A stretch of DNA of 64,000 bases from Alphaproteobacteria bacterium (GCA_017626035.1 JAGAJR010000017.1:85628-149627), one strand, 5' to 3'; shown: positions 30,805-40,613, counted from the stretch's first letter. A program made the numbers and translations. The notes: generated by a model not told the origin, from the letters alone.

Positions 30805-30840
30805 AAGCCCCGCATTTTTACGGGACTTTTTTTTATTTTT
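30805..30840. terminator. bidirectional rho-independent terminator between convergent genes
   Basis: A-run, gccccg…cgggac hairpin, then a T-run. It serves 30401..30784 (+) and 30847..31428 (-). Confidence 0.6.
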
Positions 30841-30846
30841 ATTAAA

Positions 30847-31428
30847 TTATTCAATACAGCAATCAACTGCTTTTCTGACAAAAGCTTTCATCTTTGCCAG
30901 AGCCGTTTGAGGAGCTTCTGATTTTTTGTCAGCTTCGGCAGGAACAACGGTGGCTTCGACCTTGGCTGCGATTTTTTTTACATCTTCCACATTGTCTTCA
31001 ATCCATTTGGCATCGGCAATGTTCAGCATATTCATGTTCAGCCCCCAGAACAGGCAATATAATTCATAAGCCTGATTAAATAAGTCATAGGCGGTTTCTT
31101 TGTTGCCCAAGCTTTGTTGTTTTGTTCCGACTTCCATTAATCTCATGGATGCGGCTAACAAATGCTTGGAAATACACCAGACTTCCCCTTCATAGGACGG
31201 AATAATTTTTTGCATCAGGTTTTTGCGTTTTTCTCGAACTTCTTCAATCAAATCATAAAAAGCGGTTTTGGAAGTTTTAGCTCCGGAAAACACCAGATGT
31301 TCTTCAATAGAGATTAAGTTCATAATCGCAATGGTCAAATCCTGATCAGATGATAAATCCTTGGGATTAACCTTCTTGGAACTGTCTATTCTTTCGACAA
31401 ACTCTTTAACATTCTTAGCTTTAGCCAT
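30847..31428 (-). CDS. hypothetical protein
   Basis: 193 aa soluble alpha-helical protein with no motif I can name. Confidence 0.4.
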   Translation of the reverse strand: MAKAKNVKEFVERIDSSKKVNPKDLSSDQDLTIAIMNLISIEEHLVFSGAKTSKTAFYDLIEEVREKRKNLMQKIIPSYEGEVWCISKHLLAASMRLMEVGTKQQSLGNKETAYDLFNQAYELYCLFWGLNMNMLNIADAKWIEDNVEDVKKIAAKVEATVVPAEADKKSEAPQTALAKMKAFVRKAVDCCIE

Positions 31429-31439
31429 TGTTGCCTCTC

Positions 31440-31970
31440 CTAGAAATTATATAAATCATTTGCCTGTTGGCAAAGCGGATAGTAATAGAAATAAGTACTG
31501 ACCAAAGCCAAAGCAACAACGGGAACAACAACTTTTTCAAAAGGGAAATGGGCGTGTCCGCCGTTTTTGGCTTTCATCCACTGATAAAATTCCGATGAAT
31601 AAACCATTACCAATGCTCCGACAATAGTGCTGAACAGGAACGGATCAAGATAGAAGATTAAAATGACATTCGGATTATACTGTAAATGGGAAATATACAT
31701 AAACCCGATCATTGCTACGCTGAGAAACAATACCCAGAAGTCGCGGCCTTTGAAATTCCAACCTTTTTTATCCAACCATCTGATTGTCCAAAAGCCAATC
31801 ATGACCAGAAACGCTCCGGCCCAAACGCCGACGACACTGTCATCCACACCCAAACTTCTGGCAATCTCCAAAGACGCTCCGACGGCAATGGTGCAAACCG
31901 CACAAGCCGGATTAGCCAACGCCGGAGAGGCAGACAGCAATAACAAACCTACAACTAAAAACAGGGTCAT
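31440..31970 (-). CDS. hypothetical integral membrane protein
   Basis: 176 aa with a signal-like N-terminus and 4-5 TM segments. Confidence 0.45.
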   Translation of the reverse strand: MTLFLVVGLLLLSASPALANPACAVCTIAVGASLEIARSLGVDDSVVGVWAGAFLVMIGFWTIRWLDKKGWNFKGRDFWVLFLSVAMIGFMYISHLQYNPNVILIFYLDPFLFSTIVGALVMVYSSEFYQWMKAKNGGHAHFPFEKVVVPVVALALVSTYFYYYPLCQQANDLYNF

Positions 31971-32031
31971 TTTAAAATCCTTTCCGTTAAAAATTTAGTG
32001 CTATTATTACCTAACAGCACTAAAAATCAAC

Positions 32032-33762
32032 TTATTTTTCCACTTTTTCCTGATTGAGCCCTTTCAAATACCTTTTCGTCATTTTCAAGGCGTTTTCAAA
32101 AGTGGACGCCGTGGAAATCGTGTGGTAATCAATCCCCTCTTTGGCAAAGGCGTCATGCAGGACACGCCGCGGCTGTTTTTTTACATTTGAAAAAATAATT
32201 TTTGTATCATATTTGCTCAGTTTTTTCACAAACTCAACAATGATGTTGGCTCCGGTCGCATCAACAACGGGAACATATCCCATTCTCAAGATTAAAACCT
32301 TCGGAACATCGTTTATTTTCTTGAAGAAGTTTGATACCTGGGAGGCTCCGCCGAAAAACAACGGGCCGGAAAAACGCAGGGACATAACGCCGTTTTCGTG
32401 TAAGACTTCAGTCAAATCACGTCCGCCGCCGATATTTTCAAGCACGACTTCATCGGTTTCAATTTCAATCTCACGGCTCATGCGGTGCATAAAGATAATG
32501 CTGGCCATAATGAAGCCGACGGAAATTGCCGTGTTTAAGTCGACCAAAACCGTTAACAGCAGTGTTACCAAAAGCGTATATCTGTCGCCTTTAGGCCCTT
32601 TGACGAGTTTTATAATTTTATCCAGATTAAGCATGTTCCAACCGATTAAAACCAAAACAGCGGACAGGCAGGCCAGCGGAATATATTTGGCAGCCGGCGA
32701 CAAAACTAGCATAAACACCAAAAGGAATACCGACTGCATAACACCCGCCATCGGGGAATAAGCGTTGGCTTTGAAGTTAGTTGCCGTACGGGCAATCGCT
32801 CCGGTTGCCGGAACACCGGTAAAGAAGACGCACATCAGGTTGGCAATGCCCTCCCCGATTAATTCGGCGTTGGAGTTATGGTTATCACCGCTCATACCGT
32901 CAACAACCGTAGCACTCAGCAATGATTCCACTCCGGCCAAAAAAGCAATGGTTAAACCGCTCGGCATAACTTTCAAAGCTAAATCCAAGTCAAAATGAGG
33001 CATCTGCGGCATTGGAAGAAAATGAGGAATACCGCCGAACTTATTACCGATGGTATCAATTTCAAGCCCAAACCAGCCAAATACAACAACAATAAGCGTG
33101 GCTCCGACAACGCTGACCAAATATGCCGGAAGTTTTGGTCTTTTCATTTGAACATAAAAGATTGCCCCAAAGGAAAAAATCGTAATCAAGACAGAAAAAA
33201 GGCTTAATTTATCCATATTGGCAAGATAAGTTTTCCATTTCGGAAGAAATTCTGCCGGAACGGATTCAATCTGTAAGCCGAGCAAGTCTTTAATCTGAGT
33301 TGAAATCAGCAAAATACCGATACCGGCCGTAAACCCGATAACAACCGGATAAGGAATATATTTGATATAGGTTCCGAGTTTCATAAATCCGGCCAAAAGC
33401 AAAACGGCTCCGGCGATAATCATTGACATTGCCAATCCGTCATAACCGTATTTTTGCATAATACTGAAAATAACAACGACAAACGCTCCGGTCGGACCAC
33501 CGATTTGGTAGCGGCTGCCGCCCAAAAAGGCAATGAAAAAACCGGCAACAATCGCCGTATACAATCCCTGAGCCGGCGTTACGCCCGAAGCAATGGCCAA
33601 AGCCATGGCCAAAGGGATAGAGATGACGGCAACCGTCATTCCGGCAATGCAGTCTCTTTTAAATTTTTCTGCAGTATACTTTTTTTTGAGGAGTATTTCG
33701 AATAGTTTCGGAGAAAAATTTCTACCGTATAATCCTGTAATTTTCTTTACATATTCCAACAT
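32032..33762 (-). CDS. SulP-family anion transporter with a C-terminal STAS domain
   Basis: 576 aa, polytopic, with an N-terminal sulfate-transporter signature region (…GLYTAIVAGFFIAFLGGSRYQIGGPTGAFVVV…) and a C-terminal STAS-like domain. Confidence 0.85.
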   Translation of the reverse strand: MLEYVKKITGLYGRNFSPKLFEILLKKKYTAEKFKRDCIAGMTVAVISIPLAMALAIASGVTPAQGLYTAIVAGFFIAFLGGSRYQIGGPTGAFVVVIFSIMQKYGYDGLAMSMIIAGAVLLLAGFMKLGTYIKYIPYPVVIGFTAGIGILLISTQIKDLLGLQIESVPAEFLPKWKTYLANMDKLSLFSVLITIFSFGAIFYVQMKRPKLPAYLVSVVGATLIVVVFGWFGLEIDTIGNKFGGIPHFLPMPQMPHFDLDLALKVMPSGLTIAFLAGVESLLSATVVDGMSGDNHNSNAELIGEGIANLMCVFFTGVPATGAIARTATNFKANAYSPMAGVMQSVFLLVFMLVLSPAAKYIPLACLSAVLVLIGWNMLNLDKIIKLVKGPKGDRYTLLVTLLLTVLVDLNTAISVGFIMASIIFMHRMSREIEIETDEVVLENIGGGRDLTEVLHENGVMSLRFSGPLFFGGASQVSNFFKKINDVPKVLILRMGYVPVVDATGANIIVEFVKKLSKYDTKIIFSNVKKQPRRVLHDAFAKEGIDYHTISTASTFENALKMTKRYLKGLNQEKVEK

Positions 33763-33881
33763 TGTTATTCTTTCCGTTTATTTATATTTTCACTTCTTTA
33801 AATTCGGCGTTAAGAAATACAACTTTGAAATTTTGTGTCAAGTCCCAGGGGTATTTTTTGTATTGAAATACACAACTTTTT

Positions 33882-35267
33882 TTGCTATCTTCTCCGCCGG
33901 AGAAAAACATGGAAAACATCACGACATATCTTAAGCAAATCGCTAAATTATCTTTGCCGATTACGGTTTCTTTCATTGCCGTCGGATTGATGAACATTGT
34001 TGACACGATGATTGTCGGAAACTACCAAACCGGACAACTTGCCTACATCGGTCTGGCCAATTCCGTTTTTGTGGTTTTGTTTACTATTCCGATGGGACTC
34101 CTGCAAGGAGTTATGATTAAATCTTCTCAAAAATTCGGAGCCAGAAAATTTGCCTCCTGCGGCAAAATTTATCATGAAGGAAGAAAATATTCCGTTTGGC
34201 TTTCTATCTTTTTTACGGCAATCGGCCTTAACGGAAAAGCTATTTTGACCTTTTTGGGACAAGATAAGGAAATGATTGAACATTCCGTTAAAGTCCTGAA
34301 TGTTTTTGTTGTTTCCATTCCTTTCATTTTGATTTATGCAAACATCAATTTCTTTTTGCAGTCAATCAAACGTCCGTATGTTGCCATGTATGGCATTTTA
34401 GTCGCCAACGTGATTAATCTGGCGATTAACCCGGTATTGGTATACGGAAAATTCGGGTTTCCGGAATTGGGAGCCGTCGGGTCGGCAACTTCAACTTTAA
34501 TTGTTCGTATTTTTCTCGCTTTATATATGATTTATTATATTTACAGGATGAGACGAAATCCGAAACTTAACAAGCGTTTTGGTTTGGACAGAAGTTACGA
34601 AACCTGGTGGAACGACAGTAAAAACACTCGGAAAATCGGTTATGGCGTGGCAATCGTGGTGGTCGCCACCAACGGATCTTTTTCTTTGGTAAGCACCTTT
34701 GCCGGCTGGATGGGACAACACGTTATGGCGACATTCATTATCCTTATTAATGTCAACACTTTCCTGTTTATGATTTGTTTTGCCATTGCACAGGCCACTT
34801 CCATTGTTACCGCCAACGTTTACGGCAAGAAAGATCTTGCCGGTATTACGGCGACAGTCAAGTCAGGTTATATCATCTCCCTTTCGGTTATGGCTGTGAT
34901 GCAATCGGTCATTTATTTCTTTCCTAACCAGATTTTCGGCGTTTTCACAAATGATGTTACCGTCATGGCAACCATCCATTCTCTGATTTATTATTTTATG
35001 TTTGACTTGTTTATTGACACGTTGCCTTTGAACATTAACTTCGCCCTTAACGGCAGAAGCGATGTCAAAATTCCGACAATCAATCAAGTTGTCTCGTATT
35101 TGGGTGTAAGGGTTACCGCTTGCTATCTGTTAGCTTTTCACTTTAACATGGGATTGAAAGGCTTGGTTTTGGGACTGGCTTGCGGAGGCGTTTCGTCCCT
35201 GCTCCTTAACGGATCACGCTTTATTTACATCAGCCGAAGGGATAAAAAAAGAGCCTGTCTTCAATAA
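33882..35267 (+). CDS. MATE-family efflux transporter
   Basis: 461 aa with 12 predicted TM segments and typical MATE internal duplication. Confidence 0.75.
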   Translation: MLSSPPEKNMENITTYLKQIAKLSLPITVSFIAVGLMNIVDTMIVGNYQTGQLAYIGLANSVFVVLFTIPMGLLQGVMIKSSQKFGARKFASCGKIYHEGRKYSVWLSIFFTAIGLNGKAILTFLGQDKEMIEHSVKVLNVFVVSIPFILIYANINFFLQSIKRPYVAMYGILVANVINLAINPVLVYGKFGFPELGAVGSATSTLIVRIFLALYMIYYIYRMRRNPKLNKRFGLDRSYETWWNDSKNTRKIGYGVAIVVVATNGSFSLVSTFAGWMGQHVMATFIILINVNTFLFMICFAIAQATSIVTANVYGKKDLAGITATVKSGYIISLSVMAVMQSVIYFFPNQIFGVFTNDVTVMATIHSLIYYFMFDLFIDTLPLNINFALNGRSDVKIPTINQVVSYLGVRVTACYLLAFHFNMGLKGLVLGLACGGVSSLLLNGSRFIYISRRDKKRACLQ

Positions 35268-35282
35268 CAGGCTCTTCATCTT

Positions 35283-36473
35283 TTAAGCAATCATTTCTTT
35301 GACGCGTTCTTTTATTTTCTCGACCACATCGGATTTCGGAGTATATTTCTCCTCGAACGGTTCAATAGTTTCCCAGCCCAGAGATTCAAAAACAGACTGG
35401 ATATTTTTGGTTACGCCCTGTTTCCAGCCATAAGAACCAAAAGCAAAACCTTTTTTGTTTTTCGGAGCCAATCCCTTCATGTAAGTTACAAAACCGGCAA
35501 CACGAGGGAACAACTCATTATTCAGTGTCGGACTGCCGATACAGATATATTTGGCATCCAGAAAGTCAACCATGACTTCAGATACGTTTTTGGTGCTCAA
35601 ACAATGTTTAACAACCGGAATCCCAGCATCCTGAAAAACAGACATAACAGCTTCCGCCAAAGTTGCCGTTGCTCCCCACATCGTATCATAAACAACGACG
35701 GCTTTGCCTTCATTCCTGCCGCTGGCCCATTTGCCATAAGCACCGAGAATCGCGTTTACTTCATCTGCTCCTTGCCAAATACAACCATGGGACGGAGCAA
35801 TCATCTCAATTTCCAAGCCCAAATCACCTGCAGTGTTTAAAGCTTTTTCAGCCTGAGCACCATAAGGAAACAAAATATTGGCATAGTAACTTTTGGCTTC
35901 ACGCATAACAACATCAAACGGAGCGTCTTTTACGAAAATCGTATCTGTTGCAAAATGTTGTCCAAAGCCGTCATTGGAAAGAAGCAGTTTGTCTTCTTTG
36001 ACATAAGTCATCATAGAATCCGGCCAGTGCAGCATCGGCGTTGTTACAAATTCCAGGGTTCTTTTGCCGATTGAAATGCTGTCGCCGGTTTTAACTAATT
36101 CATATTCCCATCCGGTCGTGTCAAAATGATCTTCCAAGGCTTTCTTTCCGGCGGCATTGGTAATGATTTTTGCCTGAGGAGCCAATTTCATAATTACCGG
36201 AATATTTCCGGAATGGTCCATTTCCACATGGTTAACTACAAGATAAGAAATTTTTGAAAAATCGGTAATACTTTTTACTCTGGCAATCATTTCATCCGAC
36301 ATATAATGTTTAACGCCGTCAACCAATGTAATTTTTTCATCCATCAGCACATAAGAATTGTAAGTTGACCCGTGAGGCGTGCTGTAACCGTGAAATTCCA
36401 CAAGATTCCAGTCTTTTACCCCTACCCAGTACACGTCTTTTTTTACTTCAACCGCGTTCATTGTTTTCTCCAT
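35283..36473 (-). CDS. flavodiiron protein (FprA / rubredoxin:oxygen oxidoreductase type)
   Basis: N-terminal metallo-beta-lactamase-like domain with di-iron ligands (…NHVEMDHSGN…) and a C-terminal flavodoxin-like domain (…VVVYDTMWGATA…). 396 aa, no rubredoxin extension. Confidence 0.85.
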   Translation of the reverse strand: MEKTMNAVEVKKDVYWVGVKDWNLVEFHGYSTPHGSTYNSYVLMDEKITLVDGVKHYMSDEMIARVKSITDFSKISYLVVNHVEMDHSGNIPVIMKLAPQAKIITNAAGKKALEDHFDTTGWEYELVKTGDSISIGKRTLEFVTTPMLHWPDSMMTYVKEDKLLLSNDGFGQHFATDTIFVKDAPFDVVMREAKSYYANILFPYGAQAEKALNTAGDLGLEIEMIAPSHGCIWQGADEVNAILGAYGKWASGRNEGKAVVVYDTMWGATATLAEAVMSVFQDAGIPVVKHCLSTKNVSEVMVDFLDAKYICIGSPTLNNELFPRVAGFVTYMKGLAPKNKKGFAFGSYGWKQGVTKNIQSVFESLGWETIEPFEEKYTPKSDVVEKIKERVKEMIA

Positions 36474-36521
36474 ATTTTAAGTTTATAAGAATGTTCTTAT
36501 ACATAATACTTAAAATCCGTA

Positions 36522-36569
36522 TTGACAATCTCTTAAATTCAATTATAAACAATAACGATAATCATTATC
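36522..36569 (+). promoter_or_regulatory. promoter with a Fur-family operator (Fur/PerR box) for the fur-like / rubrerythrin operon
   Basis: TTGACA (36522-27), a 16-nt spacer, then TATAAA (36544-49). Immediately after comes aataacGATAATCATTATC (36551-69), matching 17 of 19 positions of the classical Fur box GATAATGATAATCATTATC and containing a perfect 13-bp palindrome. Confidence 0.6.
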
Positions 36570-36584
36570 ACTTTAAGGAACAAA

Positions 36585-36971
36585 ATGAAATATTCCAAGC
36601 AAAGAGAGCTCATTCTAAAAACATTACAGCAAAATATGATTCATCCGACAGTGGACCATATTTATGAGCTTGTTAAAAAAGAGCTGCCGAATATCAGTCT
36701 GGCAACCGTATACCGAAATCTTAATTCTCTTGCCGAAACCGGCGTTATCAGGAGAATTCAGGGTTTGGACAATGCCGTGCGTTTTGATCATAATATGTGT
36801 AATCATTATCATTTCATTTGCACAAAATGTAATAAAGTTTATGATGTTCCCCAGGACATCGCTCCGGATCTCTCCGATAATTTATCGGCAGAAACCGGAT
36901 TGACCGCAGAGACTTATGACATAACCTTCAAAGGGGTTTGTCATGAATGCCAAAAGAAAAAACAAAACTAA
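36585..36971 (+). CDS. Fur-family transcriptional regulator (PerR-like)
   Basis: 128 aa with a winged-helix N-terminus and two CxxC pairs (CTKC…CHEC) plus an HxH region. It lies adjacent to rubrerythrin and divergent from the flavodiiron gene. Confidence 0.8.
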   Translation: MKYSKQRELILKTLQQNMIHPTVDHIYELVKKELPNISLATVYRNLNSLAETGVIRRIQGLDNAVRFDHNMCNHYHFICTKCNKVYDVPQDIAPDLSDNLSAETGLTAETYDITFKGVCHECQKKKQN

Positions 36972-36987
36972 TTAGGAGATCTATATT

Positions 36988-37527
36988 ATGGAACTTAAAG
37001 GCTCTAAAACAGAACAAAACTTGAAAGACGCATTTGCCGGCGAATCTATGGCTCGCAATAAATACACTTATTATGCTTCCAAAGCAAAAAAAGAAGGTTA
37101 CAACATTATTGCCGACAAATTTGAACAAACAGCCAACAATGAAAAAGAACACGCAAAATTGTGGTTCAAACTTTTGCACAACAATGAAGTTCCGAGCACA
37201 ATGGATAACCTCAAGGATGCTGCTTCCGGCGAAAACTACGAATGGACTGAAATGTATGCCCGCATGGCTCAGGAAGCAAAAGAAGAAGGCTTTACAAAGA
37301 TTGCTTATTTGTTTGACGCTGTTGCCAAAATCGAAAAAGGCCATGAAGAAAGATATCAGGCATTGTTAGACTCTTTGTGCGAAGGCAAAATTTTTGAACG
37401 CCCGACAAAAGTTATTTGGGAATGTGCTAACTGCGGACACAGAGTTGAATCTCCGAAAGCTCCTGAAAAATGCCCGGTTTGCGACCACCCGAAAGCTTAT
37501 TTCTTTGAGTTGCAGGAAGAATTCTAA
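36988..37527 (+). CDS. rbr: rubrerythrin
   Basis: Ferritin-like di-iron domain (E…EXXH motifs) plus a C-terminal rubredoxin-like CANCGH…CPVCDHP. 179 aa. Confidence 0.9.
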   Translation: MELKGSKTEQNLKDAFAGESMARNKYTYYASKAKKEGYNIIADKFEQTANNEKEHAKLWFKLLHNNEVPSTMDNLKDAASGENYEWTEMYARMAQEAKEEGFTKIAYLFDAVAKIEKGHEERYQALLDSLCEGKIFERPTKVIWECANCGHRVESPKAPEKCPVCDHPKAYFFELQEEF

Positions 37528-37543
37528 TCTTTCCCTTTTGCAG

Positions 37544-37578
37544 AAAAAAAACTCCTCTGTTCAGAGGAGTTTTTTTTG
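37544..37578. terminator. bidirectional rho-independent terminator (rbr / csp)
   Basis: AAAAAAA, then actcctctg-ttca-gaggagt hairpin, then TTTTTTT. Confidence 0.75.
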
Positions 37579-37597
37579 TGATGGTAAAAAGATTAAC

Positions 37598-37801
37598 CTA
37601 AACCAGCTTCAAATTACCTGCGACGGTTTTACCTCTTTCGCTCATAAGTTCATAACTGATTTTGGCCCCTTCATTGAGAGTTCTCATACCGGCCTGTTGT
37701 ACAGCTGAAATGTGTACAAAAATATCCGAACTACCTTCGTCAGGAGTAATGAAGCCATAACCTTTTTTATTGTTAAACCATTTAACTGTTCCTGTTGCCA
37801 T
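37598..37801 (-). CDS. cold-shock protein (CspA family)
   Basis: Start moved to MATGTVKWFNNKKGYGFI (AAGGA 9 nt upstream). RNP1/RNP2 motifs are present. 67 aa, where the track ORF has a 39-codon upstream extension. Confidence 0.85.
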   Translation of the reverse strand: MATGTVKWFNNKKGYGFITPDEGSSDIFVHISAVQQAGMRTLNEGAKISYELMSERGKTVAGNLKLV

Positions 37802-38008
37802 AATCTTAATCCTTTTCACAAACAGGTTAATACATTTTACCATAACCTCATTAAATGCGGTTATACTTATATGTGTAATATACCCTAACCTTGTTGGCAA
37901 GACATTTATTTTAAACAAACCGATTTATTTTTCCATATTCCCCTTCCCTTGTAAAACCGCCAACGATGATTAATTTTTAAAAGGAAAAATTTCAGAAAGG
38001 ATAAAATC

Positions 38009-38548
38009 ATGAAAAGAATGCTTTACTTTTTATCTGTCGTTCTGCCGGCAGCATTAATCTTTAATGTTTCCGCAGCTAACGCTCAACGAAAAAATTCTAC
38101 GGAAAAAGACGTTAAAACAGTAGCAGAAGCAACAAGTTCCGATGTTTCAAAACATAAATCTCACAAAGAAATGAAAAAAGAGATGAAAAAAATGAAAGAC
38201 AAAGGCGATTGCAAATGCAAAAAGAAATCTGACAAATGCGACTGTGCCAAGAAAATAAAAAACAAAAAAAGCATTGAGGAAAAATACAACGAAAAAGTTG
38301 AAGAAATCAACGAAGCTTACGGAAAATCCCTCAAAAAAATAAGCAAGTCCACTTTCAACGACGAACAGAAAAATTTGCTGAAACAACAAGCCGAAGAAAA
38401 TAAGAACTATGCCCTGCAAGCAGCAAAAGCCAAAAGCAATCTGCTGACAAAACAGGCTGAAAATCGCCAGAAACTGAATATTCCCGAAGCTGCCCGACAA
38501 GATAAAGCCAACAAAAAAGCACTGAAAGCTGTCAGAAATATTCTGTAA
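38009..38548 (+). CDS. secreted lysine-rich protein with CxC…CxC motif
   Basis: Signal peptide (AALIFNVSAANA), then a highly basic low-complexity sequence with DCKCKKKSDKCDC. Confidence 0.5.
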   Translation: MKRMLYFLSVVLPAALIFNVSAANAQRKNSTEKDVKTVAEATSSDVSKHKSHKEMKKEMKKMKDKGDCKCKKKSDKCDCAKKIKNKKSIEEKYNEKVEEINEAYGKSLKKISKSTFNDEQKNLLKQQAEENKNYALQAAKAKSNLLTKQAENRQKLNIPEAARQDKANKKALKAVRNIL

Positions 38549-38567
38549 TATATCTTCAACACGTCAT

Positions 38568-38600
38568 CAGCGGCGTCAAAAAACGCCGCTTTTTGTTTGT
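38568..38600 (+). terminator. rho-independent terminator
   Basis: agcggcgt-caaaaa-acgccgct hairpin followed by TTTTGTTTGTT. Confidence 0.65.
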
Positions 38601-38701
38601 TTACAAAATAAAATATTTTTGCTAAATTGCTTCTCAGCCTGCAACATCGGGGTTGCGGGCTTTTAATTGCGATATTAAAAAATTTATAAAGGAATGAACA
38701 A

Positions 38702-40219
38702 ATGACATTAAAAAATACAAGAGCAGGAAATTATCCTGAATGGTACCAAAACGTTGTCTCAGAAGCGGATATGGCTGAAAACTCCTCAAGTCCGGGATGT
38801 ATGGTTATCAAACCCTGGGGATACGGTATCTGGGAACGGATTCAAAACGTTTTGGATGAGAAAATCAAAGAGACTGACCATGAAAACTGCTATTTTCCGA
38901 TGTTCATCCCTTTGTCTTTCTTCCAGAAAGAAGCCGAACACGTTGACGGGTTTGCCAAAGAAATGGCCATTGTTACCCACTCCCGTCTGTCTATGAAAGA
39001 CGGAAAGCTTACGCCTGACTCCGAACTTGACGAACCGTTAATCGTTCGTCCGACTTCGGAAGCCATTATTGCCGACTCTTTCTCTAAATGGGTCAAATCT
39101 TACCGTGATTTGCCTGTTCTTATCAACCAGTGGGCCAACGTCGTTCGTTGGGAAATGCGTCCACGTCTGTTTTTGCGTACTCGTGAATTTTTGTGGCAGG
39201 AAGGCCATACCGCCCATGCCACCCATGATGATGCCGAACAGGAAACCATCAAAATGCTGGAAGTTTATAAGCAGCTTTGTGAAGAGGCTCTTGCCACTCC
39301 GGTTCTGGCCGGACGTAAACCGGAACATGAGAAGTTTCCGGGGGCTATTGACACTTACTGTATTGAAGCCATGATGCAGGACGGTAAAGCTTTGCAAGCC
39401 GGAACATCTCACTTCCTCGGACAGAACTTTGCAAAAGCGGCAAACATCTCCTTTGTCAACAATAAAGGTCAGCAAGAATTTGCCTATACGACTTCGTGGG
39501 GCGTTTCTACTCGTCTTATCGGCGGCGTTATCATGACACATGCCGATGACGAAGGCATGGTCGTTCCGCCGCGTATTGCCCCTTATCAGGTCGTTTTGGT
39601 TCCGGTCATTAAAAAGCCGGAAGATGCCGAACAGGTTATGGCTTACATTACCCGTCTGCAAAATGAATTGAAAACACAACTTCCGTTCGGAGAAAAAATT
39701 CGTGTTAAAATCGACAAGCGGGATAAAGCTTCCGTTGACAAGTTCTGGGAATGGACCCGCAAAGGTGCTCCGATTATCTGCGAAATCGGCATGCGTGATG
39801 TTGAAGGCAACAAGGTTATGGTCAAAGAACGCCTTAAGCTCGGTACGCCGGAAGGCAAACAAATTGTTGCTTTTGATGATTTTGTTACCACAATTTCCGA
39901 AAGAGTGGAAAATATTCAAAAAGCCATGTTCAACAAGGCTCAGGAACGCCTGAAACAAAATATCCGGACAGATATTGCCACACCGGAAGATTTCAGAAAA
40001 TATTTTGAAAATTCCAACCAGTGGATTGAAGACGGCAAACAAGGCAAAGTTGCCTTCGTCCGCGGCAAATGGTGCGGTGATCCGGAAACGGAAAGCATTT
40101 TGAAAGAAATGAAAATCACTATCCGTTGTATTCCGTTTGACCAAAGCAATACGGAAGGAAAATGTCTGTTGACCGGAAAACCGGCAACAATGGATGTGAT
40201 TTACGCACGGTCTTATTAA
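38702..40219 (+). CDS. proS: prolyl-tRNA synthetase, archaeal/eukaryote-like type
   Basis: 505 aa. The N-terminus NYPEWYQNVVSEADMAENSSSPGCMVIKPWGYGIWERIQ matches the T. thermophilus-type ProRS start. There is no bacterial-type insertion domain, and the C-terminus has a ProRS-C1-like zinc domain. Confidence 0.85.
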   Translation: MTLKNTRAGNYPEWYQNVVSEADMAENSSSPGCMVIKPWGYGIWERIQNVLDEKIKETDHENCYFPMFIPLSFFQKEAEHVDGFAKEMAIVTHSRLSMKDGKLTPDSELDEPLIVRPTSEAIIADSFSKWVKSYRDLPVLINQWANVVRWEMRPRLFLRTREFLWQEGHTAHATHDDAEQETIKMLEVYKQLCEEALATPVLAGRKPEHEKFPGAIDTYCIEAMMQDGKALQAGTSHFLGQNFAKAANISFVNNKGQQEFAYTTSWGVSTRLIGGVIMTHADDEGMVVPPRIAPYQVVLVPVIKKPEDAEQVMAYITRLQNELKTQLPFGEKIRVKIDKRDKASVDKFWEWTRKGAPIICEIGMRDVEGNKVMVKERLKLGTPEGKQIVAFDDFVTTISERVENIQKAMFNKAQERLKQNIRTDIATPEDFRKYFENSNQWIEDGKQGKVAFVRGKWCGDPETESILKEMKITIRCIPFDQSNTEGKCLLTGKPATMDVIYARSY

Positions 40220-40232
40220 AATCTGTTAATTC

Positions 40233-40267
40233 GAACTCCCTCTTTCTCGGAGGGAGTTCTTTTTTAG
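40233..40267 (+). terminator. rho-independent terminator after proS
   Basis: Perfect 10-bp stem gaactccctc / gagggagttc followed by TTTTTTT. Confidence 0.75.
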
Positions 40268-40276
40268 GAAATCAAA

Positions 40277-40606
40277 ATGAAAAAATATCTTGTTTGTTGT
40301 TTTATGTTGCTTTCTTCTTCCGTTTTTGCCCAAGAGATTGACCTTTCCGCGTTGCAAGCCAAGCTTACGTCAACCGGCGATAACGAATTTAACGCCATGG
40401 ATGCCAACGGCGACGGAAATGTTTCCAAAGAAGAATATCTGAACTATATTCTGGCTGAGACCATGCAAAAAAGCGAAGCCGCGTTTAATCAAATCGACCA
40501 AGACGGAAACGGCAGCGTTTCGCACGAAGAGTATATGGTATTTATGAATTTTGCGACCGGGAAAATGAACAGCTTTTTTAATTTGTTGAAACAACACCAA
40601 CAATAA
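40277..40606 (+). CDS. secreted EF-hand calcium-binding protein
   Basis: Signal peptide plus two canonical EF-hand loops, DANGDGNVSKEE and DQDGNGSVSHEE. Confidence 0.7.
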   Translation: MKKYLVCCFMLLSSSVFAQEIDLSALQAKLTSTGDNEFNAMDANGDGNVSKEEYLNYILAETMQKSEAAFNQIDQDGNGSVSHEEYMVFMNFATGKMNSFFNLLKQHQQ

Positions 40607-40613
40607 ATATTTT

